DNA of 64,000 nucleotides, taken from Eledone cirrhosa. Lineage: Eukaryota. The DNA lies in contig OZ024740.1 in the NCBI GenBank assembly GCA_964016885.1, forward strand, positions 68,448,001 through 68,512,000, written 5' to 3'. This document shows, in pieces, positions 13,665 to 27,874 of this stretch. Every line of letters starts with the position of its first letter. The first letter of the stretch is position 1. Under the pieces are notes generated by a model that did no database searches, had not been told where the DNA came from, and was given only the letters and a program-made list of their open reading frames with translations. The position numbers and the translations under genes were made by a program.

Positions 13665-13716
13665 ACACACACGCACACACACACATATGTATATGTATAT
13701 ATATTAATATATATAT

Positions 13717-13789
<73 letters not shown>

Positions 13790-13880
13790 TATATATATAT
13801 GTTTATATATATATATATGTTTATATATATATATATATATATAACGGCGGAGTTGTGGTAAGGAACCAGATGGACCATAA

Positions 13881-13922
<42 letters not shown>

Positions 13923-14013
13923 CGTGCGTGTGTCTATATATGTATGTACATATATATATATATATATATACATATATACATATACATATATATATATGTA
14001 CATACATATATAG

Positions 14014-14053
<40 letters not shown>

Positions 14054-14125
14054 GTAACTATATATATATGTGTGTGCGCGCGTGTGTGTGTGCATGTGAA
14101 TGTGTGTGTGTGTGTGCCTGTGTGT
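13665..14125. repeat. Compound (TA)n/(CA)n microsatellite containing a 40-bp family B tail fragment (13843-13881)
   Basis: Direct sequence; fragment matches 27191-27229. Confidence 0.9.
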
Positions 14126-14628
14126 GTTAGGACATAACTATAGATAGAAAGAGGCAATCGCTGCTCGTCAGCTATGCAGACGAATATGAATGATATAAAA
14201 TATAAACACAATAACACAGTATGAATATGAATGTGTAATTCAATTTAAATATTGTGTTTTTTATATATATTTCTTTGTATTTCCGTACTCTTTTCATTTA
14301 GTATATTTTTTATCATTTTGAATTAGTGTTTTTCTTTTTGCCGTCTCGAAAATTACATCATGATGAATAAAGATGTAATGTCAATAACTGATACACATAT
14401 CATTTTTTTGGCTTTCATTTTAAGGTCCAGTGAACACCGACGTATAAGGGCCTTACTCATCAAACCCCTTTTCTCTATCTACATATTCTAGAACAGAATA
14501 GCATATACATCCATGCCACCCATGCACACACTCATGTATATATATACATATATATATACACACACATATATATATATATATATATATGAGTGTATATATA
14601 TACATGTGTATATATATATATATACATG

Positions 14629-14734
<106 letters not shown>

Positions 14735-15119
14735 TGTGTGTGTATATGTGTGCGTGTATGTGTGTGTGTAGGATAGTTAGGTTTGATGCTTTGTCAGTTG
14801 CCACTGGAACATAAAATATATTATCGTATTACAAATAGACATAGCAAATATATAAAATAAATATAATTAAATGAATAAATAAATGTATAAGTGCACACAG
14901 AGATAAAAATGGCGGCGTTTTCCTTTTTTTTTTTTTCCTTTTCCTCTACGTTTCTCTATGTACATTATTTCGCTTTAAATTTGTTTTAATACTTTTTATC
15001 TTTTGCTACCTAAATACGTTATGGCTTTCCCTGTGCTAAATATTTTGTGGACATTCAGATTATTTTGTTGATACTTATAACACCGTTTTTTTTTTGTGAT
15101 ATTGATGCCAACATTTTTG

Positions 15120-15286
15120 TTGTTGTTAATGATGATGATGTTGATGGTATTGGTCATCATTGAGATACTGATGACGATTATGCTATTGTCATTTTTCTAA
15201 TTGTTGTTTTTGTTGTAGCTGTTCTTGTTGCTGCTGCTGTTGTTGTTATTCTTGTTGTTGTTGTAGTTGCTGTTATTTTTGTCGTC

Positions 15287-15317
<31 letters not shown>

Positions 15318-15450
15318 TCGTTGTTGTTGTTGTTGTTGTTGTTGTTGTTGATGATCATGATCTTGATCATGATCATGATGATGACAATGATGATCATGAT
15401 GATGATCATGATGATGATGATCATGGTAATGATGATGTCAACGCTGATGC
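15120..15450. repeat. (GTT)n/(GAT)n trinucleotide repeats
   Basis: Direct sequence. Confidence 0.9.
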
Positions 15451-15749
15451 ATTAGCAATTGGTTAGGATTTCTCAGGTCAGTCCGTCAAAGGACATGTAA
15501 TTCTACAGAAAATTATAAATGGTAGCTTGATCGCGAAGAGAAAAAATAGTTGTTTATTCGAATTTCTATTTCAAAATTAGGAATGTTACTAGTATACAAA
15601 TATTAGATTGTGATGATAATAAATTCTTATATCACCACTAATCAATACATTTGTCAATTGAGTCTACCAAGTATTTCTCAAGTTTTAATTTTATTTATTC
15701 AGTCACATCAAATTCATTACTGATATGATGATGATGTCGTTGTTTGTCT

Positions 15750-16085
15750 CCAGACCAGCGGTAATTGAGCCTACCTTTTTTTTCATTGCATATATTAAGA
15801 TAATTATATAATGTAGTCTTTTTCAAGACCGCAATTTGTGAATCGAGGCAGATTTGACATTTTCTTTCAGCAGCCTTCAACGACCATGTAAAATAATACA
15901 GTTTACGCCTCATTGTCTTATTTTGTTGTTGAAACTGTTTGAGAAAGTCATCGTCTTCGATTCCCATGTCTCTTATGATATTTGAAAGAAATGTGTTTCG
16001 CCCCCAAGAAAAATCAGTATGTTGCTTCCAGTTACATTCGAAACTAGCAATCCATTGGTTTACAACGGCAACCTTCAATATTCAC
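15750..16085 (-). mobile_element. Decayed PLE GIY-YIG endonuclease fragment
   Basis: F..NWKQHTDF..YFTWSL..RKCQICLD resembles the C-terminus of the PLE at 24413-24780. Confidence 0.4.
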
Positions 16086-17102
16086 CTTGGCAAAGGTAAG
16101 TACATAGTTTCATTTATATTAATGGCTGCTTCGTCATTTTCTTAATGTTGCAAACTATGTTAAGTAAGTTGAAACAAAACACACAGACAGCCTAAAATAT
16201 CCCTCGAAATCTATTGCAAATTGGATTGAAGTTATTGCAGTACTTAATCAATTAGATTTCCTATCATAGTACGTTCATATGTTTCATAAATTATGAGTGT
16301 TCTACAAGCGTAATTATCGTTTCGCCAATCCGAACTTATCACAACGTAGGAGTAAATGTATCCATTTCAATACCCTATCAATTGCAAGGTTATCAAATAG
16401 ATTTGTCAAATAGCTGTTCACATACACAACCACCATTTTATCTGAGGCAGTCATGATTCAGCTATGTATGTATGTATGTATATATATATGAATGTATGGA
16501 TTTATGTATGTATGTTATTACATATGTTTGCATTTTCGGTGAGATTCATGTAATTTCTTCACAGTATTCACCTTCAGTCTTAAATAAAGTAACAAGGCGT
16601 ATTTCTTTGCATCTCAACTGTGTGTTTGTGTTTGTGGTTGCGTTTGCATTTACGAGAGAAGTTTTGTTTCGTGTTTGTTTAGAAATGAATGTGATTTGAT
16701 ATTTCATGTTGAAACATATTGCTAAATTTTGGTTTTAATTTTTAACGTAAATTTACAAATAAGTAGTTATTACATTGGTATTTCCGTTTTTTTAGCTCTT
16801 GTTTGCTGTTTATAATATGAGGAACTATAAGACTGAGGGCTTTATTGTAAAGTCTTCGTGCAGAACTTCTTTCGACAAATTGAATCGAAGTATTCCAATT
16901 TGCCCGACACTATGTTTAGCGACACGAAGAATCATCATCTTTAAAAATAAGCCTTACATGTATTGAGCAGTGTTACTCTTGTGGACATGACCACACAGTT
17001 ACTCACTTAGCTAATGTAGTAACAGGGAAAAATATCAAACACAGAAGATGGCCATATTAATAATATTAATTCCAATACATAGAGACCTGCAATGACGTCA
17101 CT

Positions 17103-17815
17103 ACGTACGGCTTAGGGAGGAAGAAACAATGTTTTTATTTTCCATTTTCAATTTTCACTGTATTTGCTGATACTCTAGTTTCCAACTTCAATGCACTCGT
17201 AGCGTTCCAGCCACTTCTGGAACGCCCCCTTCTAGTCTTCCAAAATGAATGTGTCCAAGGAGCTTGTCACAGCCTCATTCACCTCCTCCACATCCTTTAG
17301 CTTCTTCTTCAGCTTCGGGGACATCCAGAAGTTGGAAGTAGCTACGTCTGTAATGTAAGGAGGATGAGGTTCAGTATTGATCCCCCTATTGGCCGATGGG
17401 TGGATTTATGGCAGAGGGCATTGTCCTACTGTAGGTCCCATTCACCAGACTTGAAGAATTCTGGTCTCTTGTGACGAAATCTCTTTCTGAACTGCCTCAA
17501 AACCTCTACATAATAATCGACGTTAACTGACTGGCCGTGGAGGATCCAGTAGTTGTAGATGATGCCCTTGCTGTAGAAGGATGGGATTATCATGAGCTTT
17601 GCATAGGACCTGCTTCGCCTTACCTTGTGTTTTGAGGAGTCAGAATGTTTCCACTGGGCATTCTGTCTCTTGATCTCTGGATCATAACAGTAGATCCAAC
17701 TCTCGTCACAGATTACCAGAGACTCAATGACATTTGGATTCGAAGTTATTCTCTCAACTATCCTCCAGATATCATCAACGCTCCTAGAAATCATACACCA
17801 GTGTGGCAAAACATA
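17103..17815 (-). pseudogene. Mariner (DD34D) transposase remnant
   Basis: ICDESWIYCYDPEIKRQNAQW..VNVDYYVEVL..KRP..W.LQ*DNA; PHPPYITDVAT is a degenerate PYSPDLAP; contains stops and deletions. Confidence 0.85.
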
Positions 17816-19305
17816 GGCTCAATATCTTAAACTCCGATTGTACTGCAAACGTTGTTGCAGCCAAGTTAAAAGTAACCTCGTGACTCTTACTGCATATTCT
17901 ATACATAACATGTATGGTCAGTAATGAAGAATCTTGCCGTTTCAACAGATATATCCGAACTCATCCAAAATGGCAGGAACTCAGGCGTCAGGATCCCAAA
18001 ATCCAATTGTTCATATATATATATGTGTATATATCCAATCCAATCCACCCAGGGCCTTCACTCTTGTTGGAGGACCGCCACCGGTTGACTTCCACCACTT
18101 CTGTTAAGGACTGGGTTATAGATGTACTCACCATGCATTTGGAGGTAGTTGACACTGAGGAGTTCAACCGGCATTTTAACAGCTCTTGTTTTCGTGCTAC
18201 TAAGGTTCCACTTTCTCAACAGACAATTGTCTGGTGCGAAATTGGTTTGGTCACCGACCACTCGACTCTGCATATGAAAATATCTGTGTAAGTATATATC
18301 TGTATGTATTTCGCAATATTAAAAACAAATTAAATTAAATTATATTATATGCGATTCATACTACTAGACAGTACAAAGAGGAGTTTGAGAAAGAATAATA
18401 TTATCTTTTCAATCTCGGTAACAAAAGGGAAGAGATGTTACTCTCATATGGACGAATAATGCTTGTGTATCAACAAATAAAATAAATCGGCATTGAACAT
18501 AATATTTCCAAATGTCTGAGGTGATGCTTTAACAACGAAACTACATAATGTTGTACACTTCAGTATTGGTTTCATTTCTTTATGGATAAAATATAAGTAT
18601 GTTAAAGCAATGGTCACATATTGCAATCGACACGATTTATAAAGGTGATATAAGACTATAATTACTAACGATCACATAGAGACGACATTGATATGGTTGT
18701 ATAGTATGTTATTGTATTTGTATATAATAAGAGCAATTGACACCAGAAAACGGTAGAACATTGGAGAAAAATACCTTGGAGGATTTAGTTAAAGACTTTT
18801 ATGTCGACTTTGCACATTTTCTCCGGCACTAACAAAATTTAATACTGAAAATATTCAGGGATAATTTTAATCCACTGAGGAACATTAGAATGGAATCTAT
18901 CACTGTTTATGAAATACTTATCGAATTAGTCTTTTACAAAATATAATATGTATAACAACATCTTATCAACAAGCAGGAGTGGAATAATGATCTACCGTAT
19001 TGATATATACCGTATATAATGAAAACTGACATTCTGCATTTAGTTACACGTCCCACACCCATTTAGTCCTAAGCCCCATACCGCCATGTATATACAGGGC
19101 AGTATTATGTTTTTATATATTTTAATTAATGATGTCTACAATATTGCCTTATCAACGTCCGACGTAAACTGTCACCATTATCGACAATTATTATATTAAT
19201 TCTAAATAATGTATACATTTGTATTATTACTGTTCTCCTCACATAACATAAAGTAAGCACAGACACACACACTCACACACTCACACCCACACACACACAC
19301 ACACT

Positions 19306-19545
<240 letters not shown>

Positions 19546-19649
19546 ATATATATATATATGTATAAATATATATATATATATAAATATAGCGGCGATGAAT
19601 TAGTTTTGCGAGGTTTTTTATATGAAATCGTGTGTCGAAACAAATATGG

Positions 19650-22290
19650 TTATACTTGGGGTGGGTCAGATTTGTGTAATATTGCCAGAATTAATAACAG
19701 AACACACTCACTGTTTGGTTGGTTTTCGCTTCTTGCTTCTATGTCTTTTATATCGGTAATCTAACTTACTCGGTCCTCAATGTTGCCATTGACTGACCGA
19801 CGGTCAAAAATAATACAGATACAATATAGACACAAGCACATATATATAGTTTATCATAAATCTTCCGTTGCACATCTGCAACATCGTCAGTGGTGTTATA
19901 TTTTCCTCCTGTTGTATTGTATGTCTACGCCATTTTTTTTCAGTCTGTCTATATATTTATTTATTTATTTGCTTGTTTGTTTATTTTATTTTGTCTTCTT
20001 TGCGCATGTGTTTGCGTGTGTGTATAGTGTTTTGTTTGCTGTGTGATGGGTGACTAGTGTGTGTTTATGTGCTTGTTGTTATGTGCTTGTGTATGTATTT
20101 ATTTATTTATTTATTTTATTTTATTTCCTTATTTATACTTCTCTTAGGTCAGTGTTGATTGTTTGGGTGTTGTTATTCCATTCATTATTTCTGTTTAGCC
20201 TTGGTCTTCTAATTTCTATTTCACTGGCCTCTCTGATTTGCCTATCTGCTGGGTCATTTCTATGTTTAGATATTATTCTAATTTCTATGTTGTCTATGTT
20301 ACCGTCATGTTGTTGTCTAGCATGTTCGTATAGTACTGACCCGTTTGTTTGTCCTTTTAGTTCCCCCCCAGTGTTGGTCTATCCTTTTACCTATGCTACG
20401 AGCTGTCTCACCTATGTATGTTGTTATCATGTTTCTGCAAGTACTCTCTGTACATCTTATGCTATAGACTACGTTTCTAGTTTTACAGTTTATCCGGGGA
20501 TTCACCTTACATATGATACATTTCCTATTGGTACAGTGGGTTTTCTTAAAAGGGTAGGTTTTGCTGATCATGGATTTTATGGTCGTTCCTGGCTTTTCTA
20601 CCAACTTTATTTTTAAGTGGGTCTTTCTCAGGGCCATTCTACACTGGTTACCTAATTTCGCTCCAGGAGTGGCGTCCACAAACATGACACTCTGGTATCT
20701 CTGGTTGTCGAACCATGAGGTGGCTTTCCCTATCTTATGTCTAGCCCTATCTAAGCTATTCCATGATTTGGTCCTGTATAATAGGCAAATTCCTTTCATG
20801 TCCAGTTCTATGAGGGTCTTATACTTTTCCATGGCTCCTTCGTATACTCTGACTCTGTCTCTTTGGTTGTAGCCAGAGAACTGCATGCGGTTGATGAAGT
20901 GTTGGATGTGTCTTTCCATTTCTGTTGGGTCGCACATGCGGGACACATTCTTCATCACTCGTACCAAATCTGCGATCAGAATATTAAACTTAGCACTACT
21001 GGACATTGCTGAGTTTTTTAGTATCAGGTATTTGGAGGTCATGGGTTTAGCATAGTGTGAGTGGAGAATTTGGGCTCGCTCGTCTATAGTGTTAATCCAG
21101 AGTTCTGTGTCTAATACAGGTAGTCTACTGTTAGGGTGTTTGGAAGGGAAGTCGATAGTTACAGTTATACTGTGGAGTATGGAATTAGATATCTGCTGGA
21201 TGCTTTCCATCGTGCTACGTTCTAAATCAAACTTGTTAGTGCTCTCTAGTGGGGGTGTTCTTATAACTCTATTTATATGGTCTACATAACGAGAGTACAT
21301 GATGAGGTCTATGGAGCTCTCATTTAGGAGATATTTAAGTCTCTTTTCCCACCATACCATAAAAAGGTTGGCAACATCACCAGCTATGCTGACGCCAATG
21401 GCTGCTCCCTCATTTTGGGTGTAGATCTTCTCGTTGAACTTAAATATGTGGCCCTTTAGAGTAGTTTTGATACTAGCCCCTATTGCATGTGCGACCATTT
21501 TTCTTACCTGATCATTGTTTTGGGGGGTCCGTATAGCTTTGGTTCACCCAATCCACCTTCCCATGGGAGTCTTTTTCGCCATTGAGGTTATGGTGGGGGG
21601 TTTACCTCTTATAGGTCTACTAGGGCAGAAACATCTAAGGTCATCGCTGTCTCGGTAGTCAGTGTCGTAGGTAAGTCTAAGTAGGAGGCCCAGTTCGTCT
21701 GTGTCGACGTCGCAGAATTCCACCTCACTCTCAATGATCATCTCCACACATCTTTTCACAGCAAAATCAATGTTAATGGATGGGTACAGTGACACCACAT
21801 CCATGCTGCCTATTATGCAGTTGGATAGGCTCCTGTTTTTGTTGCACTCACTGATTCTGCTGAGGAGGTTCTCTGTACTGTCACATACATCTGGGGACAT
21901 CTTGATTATGGGGCGTATAACCATTGAGAGGAAGTAGGAGATCCTGTAGTTACTAGCTATATTAGCTCCGCATACGGGTCTTGTTGGTGGTCCTGTTGTC
22001 GGGTCGTCGACTGTCTTGTGGTATTTGCGGAGCCCATACAAGGGGGTATGCCATTGTTAGACGCCTGGAAGTTGTTGGCAGTGCGTCGGCTTGGCTTTAG
22101 GATGTCAGTCCACATCATCATGTGAGCGTTGAGGATTTTCTCTCTCCCATCGTGTGTTTGTTGTGCAATTTCGCTCGTCTTGGTGATCTGGGGTTGCATA
22201 GCCTAGATGTAGTCCGGCATGCTATCTATTGACATCCTACCGGACTTATCCGTGGGTAGACATGCTACCTCACCATCCTTTGTGCGCTGC
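19650..22290 (-). mobile_element. Penelope-like element (RT plus GIY-YIG), frameshifted and 5'-truncated, with a 3' terminal repeat at about 19650-19900
   Basis: YGLRKYHK..PPTRPVCGA, GSMDVVSLYPSI, Q.EGAAIG, YSRYVDH, LPVLD, NVVYSIRC..YIGETARS; 19650-19856 recurs at 50142-50346. Confidence 0.9.
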
Positions 22291-22396
22291 TCTTTTTTTC
22301 TGTGATATCATACTCTGCTCTATGAGAGCATCGACTACTCAAACAGCCTACCACATGCGGACCGCTATAATCATGCAACACCAATTAAATATATAT

Positions 22397-22412
22397 ATAT
22401 AAATATATATAC

Positions 22413-22500
<88 letters not shown>
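22397..22500. repeat. (AG)n microsatellite
   Basis: Direct sequence. Confidence 0.95.
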
Positions 22501-22503
<3 letters not shown>

Positions 22504-23562
22504 TTAGTATTGATCGCTTCCGTTAGTTGAATATGTGTGGCTTGAAATCAAAAACCTTGTCAACATACACGGTTTCCTCAATCAACGTATGGATCGCTTT
22601 TTATGCGGCGATGTATGGTGGGTATTATGAATTTTTACTTTTGGATTATTTATATAGAAATTGATAAATTACTTGAATACATCAATTCCACAATTGAAGG
22701 ATTAATATTTATTATCTAGCTTACACGTGTTTCGTTAATATGTACGTGATTACATCTAGAATCACGAATCCTTCTTGCATATCATCTTGCAAAGTCGAAC
22801 AATAGACACATCGGTGGTAGTGTGTATATCAGATCTGTTTTCCTGATTTAGCGTAGATGCTCACTCGTTAGCTGGCAGCCTCATTTATTTTAACCAATTG
22901 TAAAACATACTATATACATTTCTACATATTCTAACAGTTGGTGGATTCGCAGAACCGTTAAAGCGTTGGATTCAATACTTTGATGGTTTTATTCCGGGTA
23001 ACTGCGCACTGATGCAAAATACCAACTAACTCGACTATGGTTTAGATCCTTCAGGGTGGACAAATGTAATTTCAAGAAGAACTGGTATCTCTCTCTTTCT
23101 CTCTCTCCCACTGAATCTATCTATCTAGACACCCCACATCATCTCTCTGTCTCTCTCTCTCTCTATATATATATATATACATTCCTATCTATCTCTCCTT
23201 CTCTAATACACACACTCTCTCTCGTTCTTTCTCCAATGTTCTCTCTCTCTGCTGAGGTTCCCTCTCTCCCTAACTCAGGTTTTGAATGGGCCTTCAAAAA
23301 CAACCTTCGGATCGTAGCCCCGATAGCATATTCACCAGCACATTGTTCATCAATGTGAAAAGAAACATGAATGAACACTATCTTTAATTTATGCTACATA
23401 GTGTTGGTATCTTTAGATGTATATACATGACAACATTTCGATTATTAATTACGTTCCAATGAAGATAATAAGACGCCACACTCGACAACACACTTGCTTA
23501 AACTTTAATCTGTTATTTTAATAAATATATATATATATATATTTATTAAAATAACAGATTAA

Positions 23563-23612
23563 AGTTTAAGCAAATAATCGCTGCTTTCCCCTTAACGGGA
23601 TCTTCTGAAACT
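23563..23612 (-). ncRNA. Variant type I hammerhead (CAGAAGA core) in the pseudo-LTR, family D
   Basis: agttt CAGAAGA tccc gttaa ggg GAAA gca gcgattatt tgc TT aaact. Confidence 0.6.
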
Positions 23613-24412
23613 AACAGAGTCAATCTGTAAACGCAGAAGTAGATATTTAAAAAAAAGTTGCAACCGGAGGAAGACAGGAAGACGATACTTTGGTTCGTGG
23701 AAACGTTCCCTGGCAAATAACGGGAAAAAACGAATATAATACGTCATTAATAGGAGCGGTGAAAAACAATTACGCACAAAGACAGAACCACGTTTATGGT
23801 ATAAAAGAAGTCGTAGATTAAATTCTAACTAGGAAACGGAATGAATCTCCACTTCAGAGTTAAGAATAAAGTAAATAAATACAATACATAGGTAATAGAA
23901 ATTAAATAAATGCATACACGCATGCAAATACGTACATACACAAGCATACGCAAAATACTTGCCATAGATATACAAAACCACGCACATATAAATATGTGTG
24001 TCTGTGTGTGCGTGTATACAAATAAATAAATAATTAAATAAACGTATATAAATAAATAAATAAGTATATAACAAGCGCACACACATACCTACATGTAAAT
24101 ACACAAATGTTCGGAGACGTAAGTCAATCAAAACATGAAGTACACATATACACACACCCTACATACGTACGAAACTGCACACTCACGCAGACGCAAAACC
24201 CCCGTACACACATAACCAAGCCATATGTACCAGAATATATAAAAAATGTATACGCCATAACATAATCAATCAAATATACGTATGAGAAAATATACGTACC
24301 TTCACAAAACATACAGGTAATATATACTTACCTATGCAAATAAGTAATGGTATAAACAAAACACATACTTAGCTACCACATCAAGGCGTAACATATCCAC
24401 GTATAAATCGTA

Positions 24413-26516
24413 CTATCCGTTAGGGTATAATGTGGGGCTGTAATACAGGAAAGTTTTGTGAAATTTATGTTTACAAGCCGAAATTGCCTCAGATTTTTTG
24501 TTTAAGATGTGGTCTGTGGCGTAGAGTATTTCCAGGGCCTCAGCGGCGCAGAGGTCACATGGTTTTTTATTTCCGTTATACGATCTAGCCCTAGCTAGGA
24601 TCTCCCAGTGTAACTAAAATTGGGTGTGGTTGTCTTTTAGACTCCAGATATTAGCTGAAAGTGGCGTCATATTCCTTCTTAGAGGGTAACAAAAAGAATG
24701 GGTATGCATGTAAAGACGCTGCTTGAATCTATTGGCGGTTAAGCCGATGTAGGCCCTACGGGACGTGGGTGTTTCAACCTTTCATTTGTAGACAATGTTA
24801 CTAGAGAGGCATGTCCTGGATAGGGGGCAATCAACCCGATTCCTACAATTACAGTTAGTACTAACTACAGGGTTGCACGTGTTCATACGGCTAGGTAGTT
24901 TAGCTAAATTTGAAGCTGTGATGTTATGTGCAAGGATAGGAGCCGTAGAGTAAGAAATTGTAATAGTATTTCTATTAAAAATAATACTATATTTATATGT
25001 AGGGAGAAAATGCTTCGTAATAAGTGTGGCCACCTCCAAATTATATGGTGGGTTATACCAACAAATGCGACGGGATCTGTTTCTCCTAGGTCTACTTTCG
25101 TACTCTGTATATGCTACCTTATCGACAAATCCACTCCGAGCAAGAGCTTCATTGTAATAAGTGGAATGGTCGTTGAAGATATGCACGTTAGTAGATAGAC
25201 GGGAAAACCTCAACGAAACGTTTCTTACCAGGTTCTTGGTTATGCTGGTAGATTGGTTGGAATGCTTACTTATGTAATTAAGCGTATCATTTGGCTTTCT
25301 ATACGGGTAATACAACCCATTCAATAAATTGAGGGTAACGTCGAGGTAATTAACGACCGAGAGATTGGCCTCAACTTGTATATAGAGGTTGAAGCCTTTA
25401 AAGAAGGCTGTGAGTTCTTTTCTGAACCTGTCGCAAGCACGAGGTCCGCACTTAGTCATGGTTAAAAGATCATCATCACGGTACAAACCATCGCTCGGGT
25501 TGGGGAATTCGTCCTTGATAGAGAAAAGAAGGAAAATGCCGATAAGATCAGTAACCTCCGCAGAATCGCTGGCGCCCATACTCAATTCCAATGGGGTACT
25601 ATTGGATTTTTTAATCCAATTAGAGTCGTCGAAATTAATCACCGACTTACGGGCATAGAGGATGACATCAACTTTGAAATCCTTAACCACTGTGAGTGTT
25701 TTAGCGAAATTGATAGCTCTACGGAGAAGTGGTAAAGTGATGGAGGAGTAGTAATTGATGATGCCGAATTGGATAAAACGGCAATGTTCCTTGTTGCATA
25801 TGCTGTTGAACCAATCAATCACCGCGAAAGAATTGTTCCACAGTGCAAGAGGGGCCAAACTTCTAATTTCAGGTATAATTCTATCAAGAATCCTTTTACT
25901 AAGTCTACCTAAATCGGACTTCGTAGGGTTAATAAGTCGAATAGAGGGGTTGTTCGGAAATTGGATTTGTGATCCTTCGGGGTAAAGTGGGGAGAAATGT
26001 GTCCAGAAGTTCGGTTCGGTCCAGGATGTTGAGATCAGAGATGATTTTCAACCCAGCATCGTTGATTTCATTGATGACGCACCGATTAGTTTTACGGTAA
26101 TCCTTAGTTACAGCATTATGTAGTAGTTGATGGTAAGTACTGCGCTCCACTTGATATAGGTTGCCCGTTTTGTCGGAATGGACGTACACGGCATTAGAAT
26201 CTTTAATAGAACTAATTCTATTCTTCAGGTCGTGCTGGAAGGAATTTGCTCCTATTCCGAAATGTGATACTCCATATGAGTTCCAAGACATCACTTTCGA
26301 AGGGTATCAATGCTGGGTTACACGGGGGGTTATTATAGGTTTTAAACCCAAATTTATCCTGTTTGTTGTCTGCTTTTGGCGGATTATCGAAATAAAATGC
26401 ACGCCAACGCAACCTTTTAATGAACGCGTCTGTTTTCTGTATCAGGAGTTTAGGTATGTTTTCCTGCTTGGTACGGGTATGTTCTTTGTAGAAATATTCA
26501 GATATTGTTTCTGCAT
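24413..26516 (-). pseudogene. PLE RT-GIY-YIG polyprotein with frameshifts and stops
   Basis: MQKQYLNISTKNIPVPS..FIKRLRWRAFYF, SDKTGNLY, MGASDSAEVTDLIG, LYRDD, NYLDVTLNL, CNCRNRVDCPL, IVYK*..AYIGLT, PCDLC. Confidence 0.9.
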
Positions 26517-26669
26517 GATGAATATAAGTCAATAGAGTGCTCAACCGAGGGAGCCACATATTAATAATAATAAATTTGAAGACTAAATCCAAAGAGGGCT
26601 CGATAACGATAAATATATATCAAATATATAAGAACCGTAGAGCAACTATTTATTAAAATAACAGATTAA

Positions 26670-26720
26670 AGTTTAAGCAAAGAATCGCTGCTTTTACCCT
26701 TAACGGGATCTTCTGAAACT
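26670..26720 (-). ncRNA. Family D hammerhead, degenerate (GAAA to AAAA)
   Basis: agttt CAGAAGA tccc gttaa gggt AAAA gca..tgc TT aaact. Confidence 0.45.
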
Positions 26721-27146
26721 AACAAAGTCAATCTGTAAACGCATAAGTGGATATTTCAAAAAACGTTGCAACCGGAGGAAGACAGGAAGACGATACTTTG
26801 GTTCGTGGAAACGTTCCCTGGCAAAGAACGGGGAAAAACGAATATAATACGTCATTAATAGGAGCGGTGAAAAACAATTACGCGCAAAGACAGAACCACG
26901 TTTATGGTATAAAAGAAGTCGTAGACTAATGTTCTCTTAGGTGGTGCATAGAGACGTTCTCTGGCAATGAACGGAAAAACGAAGAGAATACGTCATATGT
27001 GGAGCGTGGAGAACAATTGCACGCAAAGACAAAACCACGTAAATGGTATAGCTGAAGTCGTAGACTAAATTCTAACTAGGAAACCGAATGAATCTCCGCT
27101 TTATAGTTAAGAATAAAGTAAATAAATACAATACAGAGGTAAATAA

Positions 27147-27192
<46 letters not shown>

Positions 27193-27283
27193 CGGAGGAA
27201 ATGCGGTAAGGAACCAGGTGGACCATAACGCACCAAAGTACTCAATACTTAGGGTAGTAGAGTGGGTAATAGGAACGAGTAGG

Positions 27284-27379
27284 ACCCCGACGGCTGAGCT
27301 CAAGCCGTTTCGACGGCTAATTCTGGACTAAATGACAATTTCTATCCTGGTATTTGAATAGCCGAGCTTCTCAAGGGGT
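27284..27379 (-). ncRNA. Type I hammerhead with a U3-A8 core and extended helix II, family B
   Basis: acccc TTGAGAA gctcggctattc..gaattagccgtc GAAA cggct tgagctc agccg TC ggggt. Confidence 0.75.
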
Positions 27380-27533
27380 AATTCCATATATGGTAAAAGT
27401 GATTGTCACAAGGATTGGTCAAAGTTTGTTGTTGAGACATAATAATTCTATTATGGCATGATAGGATTAATATGTCTCAACAACAAACTTTTGGCCAATC
27501 CTTGTGATAATCACTTTTACCATATATGGAATT

Positions 27534-27629
27534 ACCCCTTGAGAAGCTCGGCTATTCAAATACCAGGATAAACATTTTCTTTTAGTCCAGAATTAGCCGT
27601 CGAAACAGCTTGAGCTCAGCCGTGGGGGT
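27534..27629 (+). ncRNA. Family B hammerhead, mutated (cleavage site GUG)
   Basis: Same fold, but TC is changed to TG and helix III has one mismatch. Confidence 0.5.
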
Positions 27630-27805
27630 CCTACTCGTTCCTATATATATATATATGCAGAGGTTATATTTAATTTTATGGGATTCAACAAGCTTAAAAA
27701 TATTTTAAAATGTTTATAACTGATATAAAGCACTCAACATTTAAGTGGAGTAAATACACAATATATTCAATATATCAATAAATGTTAGTTCCTATTTATT
27801 AATAT

Positions 27806-27874
<69 letters not shown>

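Larger units (their letters stand above)
23541..27145 (-). mobile_element. Full-length Penelope-like element (family D) with direct pseudo-LTRs at about 23542-23890 and 26649-27145
   Basis: Direct repeats flank a disrupted RT-GIY-YIG ORF; both ends abut (TA)n; short inverted copy at 23493-23526. Confidence 0.9.
27191..27642. mobile_element. HHR family B fold-back insertion (arms about 27270-27440 and 27472-27642)
   Basis: About 170-bp inverted repeat plus tail, between (TA)n tracts. Confidence 0.85.

Noticed and set aside
14405-14470. Minus-strand TTGATGA..aaggcc/ggacctt..GAAA hammerhead-like relic
   Set aside because: No helix III, cleavage site or stem I partner; too degenerate to call
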